Below, piece by piece: positions 58,817-64,000 of a stretch of DNA of 64,000 nucleotides. A program made the translations under genes and the position numbers. The DNA is from Alphaproteobacteria bacterium. GTDB lineage: Bacteria; Pseudomonadota; Alphaproteobacteria; SP197. How positions within the stretch are numbered: position 1 is the stretch's first letter; the number at the start of each line of letters is the position of its first letter. The notes below the pieces were generated by a model, which did no database searches, was not told where the DNA came from, and saw only the letters and a program-made list of their open reading frames with translations. The stretch spans positions 1,248,001-1,312,000 of the forward strand of contig OZ245842.1 of assembly GCA_965228895.1 (NCBI GenBank), given 5' to 3'.

Positions 58817-60702
58817 GTGTCGGCCGCGCCGCCTCGCAGCTGGAGAAGGATCGTCCGCCTTTCGCGGTCGTGGGATCCCAGATTTCCTATGACGAAGAAC
58901 TCTTTGGCCGCGTCTTCGATCCCTGGGTGGTCAAGCGGTTTGGCGAGTTTCTGAAACCCTATCGCCGCAGCCTGTTCATCGGCATCGCCTGTGTGCTGCT
59001 GTTCACGCTGACCCAGCTCACCATCCCGCTGGTGATCAGGACAGTCATTGACGATGTTCTGCTGGCCGATGGCGCGACCCACAAGCTGCAAATCGCTGTC
59101 GCGGTGTTTGCCGGCATCATCACCTTGAACTATGTCGCCAACCACGTCTTGGAGACGGTGGTCGGCAGGACCGCCGAACATCTGCTGTTCGACCTGCGCC
59201 GTGCCATGTTTGCCCATTTGCAGGTTGTGTCGCTCTCGTTCATGGACCGCACGGAGGTCGGGCGTTTGATGTCCCGGCTGCAGGGCGATGTCTATGCGCT
59301 GCAGGAGTTTCTGGAGTCCTCCATTTTCGCCATTGGCGATATCGTGCTTTTGGTCGGTATCGTCGTCGTTCTGCTTAGCCTGGATCTTCATCTCGGCGCG
59401 TTGACGCTCTCGGTCGTGCCGCTGCTGTTTCTTGTGCGTGTGGTCTGGCTGCCTCACGCGCGGCGCGCCTTTATGACCGCACGCGAAACCAGCAGCACGG
59501 CGAATGGCGCCTTGGCTGAAAACGTGCACGGCATTCGTGCGGTTCAGGAACTGGGCCGCGAAGACGTCAACTTCGCCCTGTTTGACGAGAAGGCGACCGA
59601 CAATCTGAAGGCCCATCTGCGCGCGTCGAAGTTCACCAACATGATGATCCCGATCGTCGATACCCTGACGGGTTTTGCGATGGTGATCGTGGTGGTCATC
59701 GGTGGCGACATGGTGCTGGGCGCCGACCTTGATGTCGGCACCATGGTCGCCTTCATGTTCTACGTGCAGCGCTTTTTCGATCCGATCCGCTCATTGACGA
59801 TCCAGTACAGCATCATGCAGCGCGCCATGGCTGCGGGACAGCGCATCTTTGAAGTGCTCGACGTGTCGGTCGAGGTCGACGACAAGCCCGATGCCATCGA
59901 GCTTGACGACATCGATGGTTCGATCGAGTTCCGTGACGTCACCTTCGGATATGTGCCGGACCAGCCGGTCTTGCGTGACATCTCGTTCCGGGTCGAGCCC
60001 GGCGAGACCGTGGCCCTTGTCGGACCGACAGGTTCGGGCAAAACCAGCATCACAGCGCTGGTCCACCGGTTCTATGACGTCTGGCAAGGCGACGTCGTGG
60101 TCGGCGGCCGTGATGTGCGCGACGTCACCCAGGACTCGTTGGGCCGTCAGGTCGCCATGGTGCTGCAGGAGCCCTTCCTGTTCTCAGGTTCGATCTTCGA
60201 GAACATCCGCTACGCCAAGGAAGAGGCGACCCGTGACGATGTCACCGCCGCTGCTAAGGCGGTCGGCGCCCATGATTTTATCATGCGGCTCGACGACGGC
60301 TACGACACCCAGTTGGAGCAGCACGGCGTCAACCTGTCGCTCGGCCAACGCCAACTGCTCAGCTTCGCACGGGCCCTGGTGGCCGATGCCAGCATTCTGG
60401 TGCTCGACGAGGCGACCGCCAATGTCGACAGCTACACGGAACTGGAAATTCAACGCGCGTTGGCGCGGTTGCTGAAAGGCCGCACGGCCATGGTGATCGC
60501 CCATCGCCTGGCCACCATTCGCGGCGCCGACCGGATCATCGTCCTGCAGGATGGTGAGATCATCGAAACCGGCAGCCATGACGAGCTGATGACCATGGGC
60601 GGCCTCTACAGCCGTCTCTACCGGATGAACTACGCCTCGTTTGACGATATCCCGGACGAGGAGATCCGCCGTCTGAGCACCGATGACGGTGAGCACACCT
60701 GA
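58813..60702 (+). CDS. ABC exporter, fused TMD-NBD, subunit 2 of a heterodimer
   Basis: GPTGSGKT, LSLGQRQL, LDEAT, IAH; ATGA overlap with subunit 1. Confidence 0.92.
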   Translation: MSVGRAASQLEKDRPPFAVVGSQISYDEELFGRVFDPWVVKRFGEFLKPYRRSLFIGIACVLLFTLTQLTIPLVIRTVIDDVLLADGATHKLQIAVAVFAGIITLNYVANHVLETVVGRTAEHLLFDLRRAMFAHLQVVSLSFMDRTEVGRLMSRLQGDVYALQEFLESSIFAIGDIVLLVGIVVVLLSLDLHLGALTLSVVPLLFLVRVVWLPHARRAFMTARETSSTANGALAENVHGIRAVQELGREDVNFALFDEKATDNLKAHLRASKFTNMMIPIVDTLTGFAMVIVVVIGGDMVLGADLDVGTMVAFMFYVQRFFDPIRSLTIQYSIMQRAMAAGQRIFEVLDVSVEVDDKPDAIELDDIDGSIEFRDVTFGYVPDQPVLRDISFRVEPGETVALVGPTGSGKTSITALVHRFYDVWQGDVVVGGRDVRDVTQDSLGRQVAMVLQEPFLFSGSIFENIRYAKEEATRDDVTAAAKAVGAHDFIMRLDDGYDTQLEQHGVNLSLGQRQLLSFARALVADASILVLDEATANVDSYTELEIQRALARLLKGRTAMVIAHRLATIRGADRIIVLQDGEIIETGSHDELMTMGGLYSRLYRMNYASFDDIPDEEIRRLSTDDGEHT

Positions 60703-60719
60703 TCGATGGGGAGACCTGG

Positions 60720-61481
60720 ATGACACGTAACCTTCTGGTGACCGGTGCCGGCCGTGGCATTGGCCGTGACGTCGCACTCAGGGCCGCAGAACGCGGCTAT
60801 GCCGTTGCGGTGAATTACACGTCGAACCAGGCCAAGGCCGACGAGGTGGTCCAGGCCATTGTCGACGGTGGTGGCAAGGCGATCGCCATCCAGGCCGACG
60901 TGTCCGATGTCAGCCAAGTGGAACGCCTGTTCAAGACGTTTGACGATGCGTTCGGCACGCTGCATGCGCTCGTCAACAATGCCGGTGTTGGTGCGACTCA
61001 AGGCACGCTGGAGACGACCAAACCGGAAGACCTGGTGCGCACCTTCGAGGTGAACGTGTTCGGCCTGTTCTATTGTTGCCAGGAGGCGGTCAAGCGCATG
61101 TCGACCAAACATGGTGGCGAGGGCGGTTCGATCGTCAACGTTTCGTCCGCAGCGGCGCGTTCGGGCGGTGTCAACGCGTTCATCGACTACGCCGCGTCGA
61201 AGGCGGCGGTCGATCGGATCACGACCTCGCTGGCCATGGAGACCGGCGCCTACGGCATCCGCGTCAACGCGGTGCGGCCCGGCGTGACCGAAACCGACAT
61301 GATCGAGGCGATCCGCGAGATCGAGCCCGAGTGGATCGAGCAGGTGGTCCAGACCATGCCGATGGGACGGCTGGGTACGGTGCGCGAGATCAGCGACCCC
61401 ATTCTGTGGCTGTTGTCGGATGAAGCAGCCTATGTGACGGGAACGCTGGTCGATGCATCGGGCGGCCGGGCGATGCCTTGA
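60720..61481 (+). CDS. SDR family oxidoreductase
   Basis: TGAGRGIG, NNAG, NVSS, YAASK, GIRVNAVRPG. Confidence 0.93.
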   Translation: MTRNLLVTGAGRGIGRDVALRAAERGYAVAVNYTSNQAKADEVVQAIVDGGGKAIAIQADVSDVSQVERLFKTFDDAFGTLHALVNNAGVGATQGTLETTKPEDLVRTFEVNVFGLFYCCQEAVKRMSTKHGGEGGSIVNVSSAAARSGGVNAFIDYAASKAAVDRITTSLAMETGAYGIRVNAVRPGVTETDMIEAIREIEPEWIEQVVQTMPMGRLGTVREISDPILWLLSDEAAYVTGTLVDASGGRAMP

Positions 61482-62236
61482 CTGGAGAGGGCGACATCCG
61501 CAAACCCGACGATAGCTATACCGAACCCCGGCTTGCCGCCGTCTACGAGGTCTTGAACCCGGCGGCGGCGGACACGGAATTCTACCTTGGTCTCGCCGGC
61601 GACGTGCCGCTCGACGTTCTGGACATGGGCTGCGGCACCGGGATTCTGGCAGACGCCCTGGCAGCGCGTGGTCACAGGGTGACCGGTGCCGATCCGGCCG
61701 AAGCCATGTTGGCGATCGCGCGCAGGCGGCCAGGTGGTAATCAGGTGACCTGGGTCCACGCGGATGCTGCAAGCCTGAAGCTCGAAACGCGGTTCGACCT
61801 CATCATCATGACCGGGCATGTCTTCCAGGTCTTCGTGACCGATGACGATGTTCGGACTGCCTTGGAGACACTTCGACGCCATCTCGCGCCCGGCGGCCGG
61901 TTAGCCTTCGAAACACGCAATCCGCTGGTGCGTGCGTGGCAATCATGGACGCCGGAAGAGACACATGTCCGCACCGAGGTTCCTGAACTCGGCAGTGTCG
62001 AAGTCCATCACGACGTCAAGCTGGTCGACCTGCCGCGCGTTACGTTCGACACCTGTTTCCGATTTGCCGACGGTGACACCATGTCGGCGTCGAGTACCCT
62101 GCGCTTCACGAGCCAAGATGAACTTTCTGGTTTTCTTGAGGAAGCCGGGTTTGAGGTGGCGATCTGGTACGGCAATTGGGATCGCTCTCCGGTTGCCGCG
62201 ACCAGTCCGGAACTCATCGCCATCGCCAGCGCGTAA
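61478..62236 (+). CDS. Class I SAM-dependent methyltransferase
   Basis: VLDMGCGTG, FDL.IMTG..FQ, L.PGG.L.FETRNP. Confidence 0.88.
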   Translation: MTGEGDIRKPDDSYTEPRLAAVYEVLNPAAADTEFYLGLAGDVPLDVLDMGCGTGILADALAARGHRVTGADPAEAMLAIARRRPGGNQVTWVHADAASLKLETRFDLIIMTGHVFQVFVTDDDVRTALETLRRHLAPGGRLAFETRNPLVRAWQSWTPEETHVRTEVPELGSVEVHHDVKLVDLPRVTFDTCFRFADGDTMSASSTLRFTSQDELSGFLEEAGFEVAIWYGNWDRSPVAATSPELIAIASA

Positions 62237-62255
62237 ACAGCAGTCGGCGAACGCC

Positions 62256-62699
62256 TTAACGCAAAGGCATCGTATAGGTCGTCGCCGAACCCACGACGCA
62301 TTCGTCGCCATCGGCATCGCAAATCACCGTCTTGAGCTGGCAGATCGGTTTGTCGTCACGCACCGATTCCACAACGACGGATGCGGTGATCGTCTCGCCG
62401 ACCTTGACGGCTTTCAGGAATTTCCAGTTTGTCTCCAGAAATACGGTGCCGGGACCGGGCAGATCTTCAGCGACCACCGCATTGAGCAATCCCGTCGTTA
62501 CGCCGCCCTGGACGATCAGGCCGCCGAACGGCGTGGCCTTGGCAAGCGCCTCGTCATAATGGATTGGGTTCTTGTCACCGGTCATCGCGGTGAACATCTC
62601 GACGTCCTGCATGGATGTTGTCCGGCTTCGCTGGGCGGTCGCGCCCTGTTGCGGTTGACCGGCGATGGTTCGTTGCCACAGTGAGTCGGGTTTGGTCAT
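62256..62699 (-). CDS. MaoC-family hotdog dehydratase
   Basis: F...TGDKNPIHYD, FG..I.QG, LPGPG. Confidence 0.88.
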   Translation of the reverse strand: MTKPDSLWQRTIAGQPQQGATAQRSRTTSMQDVEMFTAMTGDKNPIHYDEALAKATPFGGLIVQGGVTTGLLNAVVAEDLPGPGTVFLETNWKFLKAVKVGETITASVVVESVRDDKPICQLKTVICDADGDECVVGSATTYTMPLR

Positions 62700-62710
62700 C
62701 GTTGTGATCC

Positions 62711-63883
62711 TCAGGCAGCCAGGGCGTTGCGTTTTGAGAAACCGGCGACGTGGTTTGCCTCCGCGTTCATCGCATGGCTCAGCCGGACGTGATGGTCTTT
62801 TATGTCGTCGAGGCTCCACGTGAAAGACGCGATAACATCGGTCACATCCAACAGCGGTCTGGACAGGGTGTCTCGCTCATCCTGATAGTCTGCGAAAGCC
62901 TGATCGCTGCCGCTCAGCACCGCGCGGGTCAGGATTTCGGCGTCGCGCAGTGCATCCGTGATGCCGTGGGCGGTCAGCGGATCCTTGAAGTAACCGGCAT
63001 CGCCGACCAACGCCCAGCCAGGCCCGTGTGATTCCCGGAGATAGCCAGCACCACCGCCAAAGCCGCGCAGGCGGCTGACGGGCTTTGCCTTGACGATCGC
63101 GTCTTTCAGGGCCGGCCCGTTGGCTTCCGCCATCGCCAGAAAACCGCCTTCCAGGTTCTTGCGGAACGTCGCGGCGAACCGATCGCGCGGCACACTGACA
63201 AAGACACAGTGGTGGTGATCGTTGGTCGGAATGACGCCGGCGGCTGTGTCGTGCTCGAAATACCAATGCGTACCGTCATCCGGCAGTCCGGCGTAGTAAC
63301 CGTAGACATAGCCGGATGCGTGAGAGCCCTGGACGTAGGCCGATGCCTTGACCCGCCGCGCCACCGTCGACAGGCGGCCATCGGCACCGATGACGATGTC
63401 GCAGCCGACCGCGATTACGCAGTCGTTCGTATCCTTCAACGTCACGCCGCATACGCGCCCGTCTACGCCGAGATTGAGATCCGTCACCGACACACCATGA
63501 CGGATGTCGACACCGGCCCGTCTGGCCGCGTCAACCAGGATGCGATCGAGTACCGCACGGCGAGGTGCGCAAAGAAAGTCGACGTCGTGCTCGGGTTTGA
63601 TGTCGATGCGGGTGGACTCATCGCCATAGTGAAACGTCGTAACCTTAATCTCCGGCGTTCCCGCGGCCAGCAGGGTGGGTAGCAGGCCCCAACGTTTCAG
63701 TTGCAGCACGCCGGCGCGCATCAGGGCGTGGGTCGATACGGTATCTGACCCATAGAGCTGGCGGTCGACCAGCAGGACCCGTGCGCCTGCGCGCGCCAGC
63801 AACATCGCGGTGGAAGCGCCGGCGCAGCGGGCACCGACAACCACGACGTCGTAGCGCGGTCGAAGGTTTGCTGGGTCGGTCAT
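62711..63883 (-). CDS. FAD-dependent oxidoreductase (geranylgeranyl-reductase-like)
   Basis: DVVVVGARCAG, STH, PRR..LD..L, IGADG, GWALVGDAG..KDP.TAHGI.DA. Confidence 0.9.
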   Translation of the reverse strand: MTDPANLRPRYDVVVVGARCAGASTAMLLARAGARVLLVDRQLYGSDTVSTHALMRAGVLQLKRWGLLPTLLAAGTPEIKVTTFHYGDESTRIDIKPEHDVDFLCAPRRAVLDRILVDAARRAGVDIRHGVSVTDLNLGVDGRVCGVTLKDTNDCVIAVGCDIVIGADGRLSTVARRVKASAYVQGSHASGYVYGYYAGLPDDGTHWYFEHDTAAGVIPTNDHHHCVFVSVPRDRFAATFRKNLEGGFLAMAEANGPALKDAIVKAKPVSRLRGFGGGAGYLRESHGPGWALVGDAGYFKDPLTAHGITDALRDAEILTRAVLSGSDQAFADYQDERDTLSRPLLDVTDVIASFTWSLDDIKDHHVRLSHAMNAEANHVAGFSKRNALAA

Positions 63884-64000
63884 GCCGCGGTCTGGTGCAG
63901 GCTGGCGCAAAGATGGTCCGCAAGATCGCGGGCATCATCGCCGGCGCCATCGATGAAGGACGACTTGCGGCGGCGCAGGAACGGCAATCCCATCACATAC
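63880..64000 (-). CDS. 3' end of a flavin-containing monooxygenase-like flavoprotein, partial
   Basis: Reads YVMGLPFLRRRKSSFIDGAGDDARDLADHL...AA*, a typical FMO-like C-terminus; ATGA overlap with the next gene. Not in the ORF track. Confidence 0.7.
   Translation of the reverse strand, partial: YVMGLPFLRRRKSSFIDGAGDDARDLADHLCASLHQTAA

Noticed and set aside
1-64000. Prophage, IS, integrase, defence system, tRNA or rRNA
   Set aside because: No recognisable signatures by eye; short RNAs could have been missed without covariance-model searches.

Overview
GC-rich, gene-dense bacterial chromosomal segment. Gene content (PhoCDET-type transporter, DUF1045, phnF, small CLMC zinc-ribbon protein) suggests an alphaproteobacterium, but this is an inference. 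Four blocks are visible. (1) 1-21.3 kb: a Wzy-type exopolysaccharide locus with the end of wza, wzc, six glycosyltransferases, an epimerase, a polymerase/ligase, two sulfotransferases, rfbF/rfbG with a SAF oxidoreductase, and a Tat-exported LamG-like/GH16 glycanase. (2) 21.4-36.2 kb: mixed catabolic and secreted-protein genes, including a CntA-like Rieske oxygenase, GntR, a TcuA-like flavoprotein, a secreted protein ending in 36 perfect GDGGGA repeats, MgtC/DUF4010, a trypsin-like protease, LLM, an amidohydrolase, DMT, a class II aldolase, TauD and a B12 radical SAM protein. (3) 36.3-52.9 kb: a large phosphonate cluster with complete C-P lyase phnGHIJKLM, phnN, phnF, a PhnZ-like HD oxygenase, DUF1045, a second phnM and two different phnCDE transporters. 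A recurrent PhnF-like operator and Pho-box-like repeats lie in its intergenic regions. (4) 52.9-64 kb: methyltransferases, HxlR, a second Rieske oxygenase, a heterodimeric ABC exporter, SDR, MaoC and flavoproteins. I recognised no rRNA, tRNA, CRISPR array, transposase or integrase. All family calls come from motifs read by eye, not database searches.
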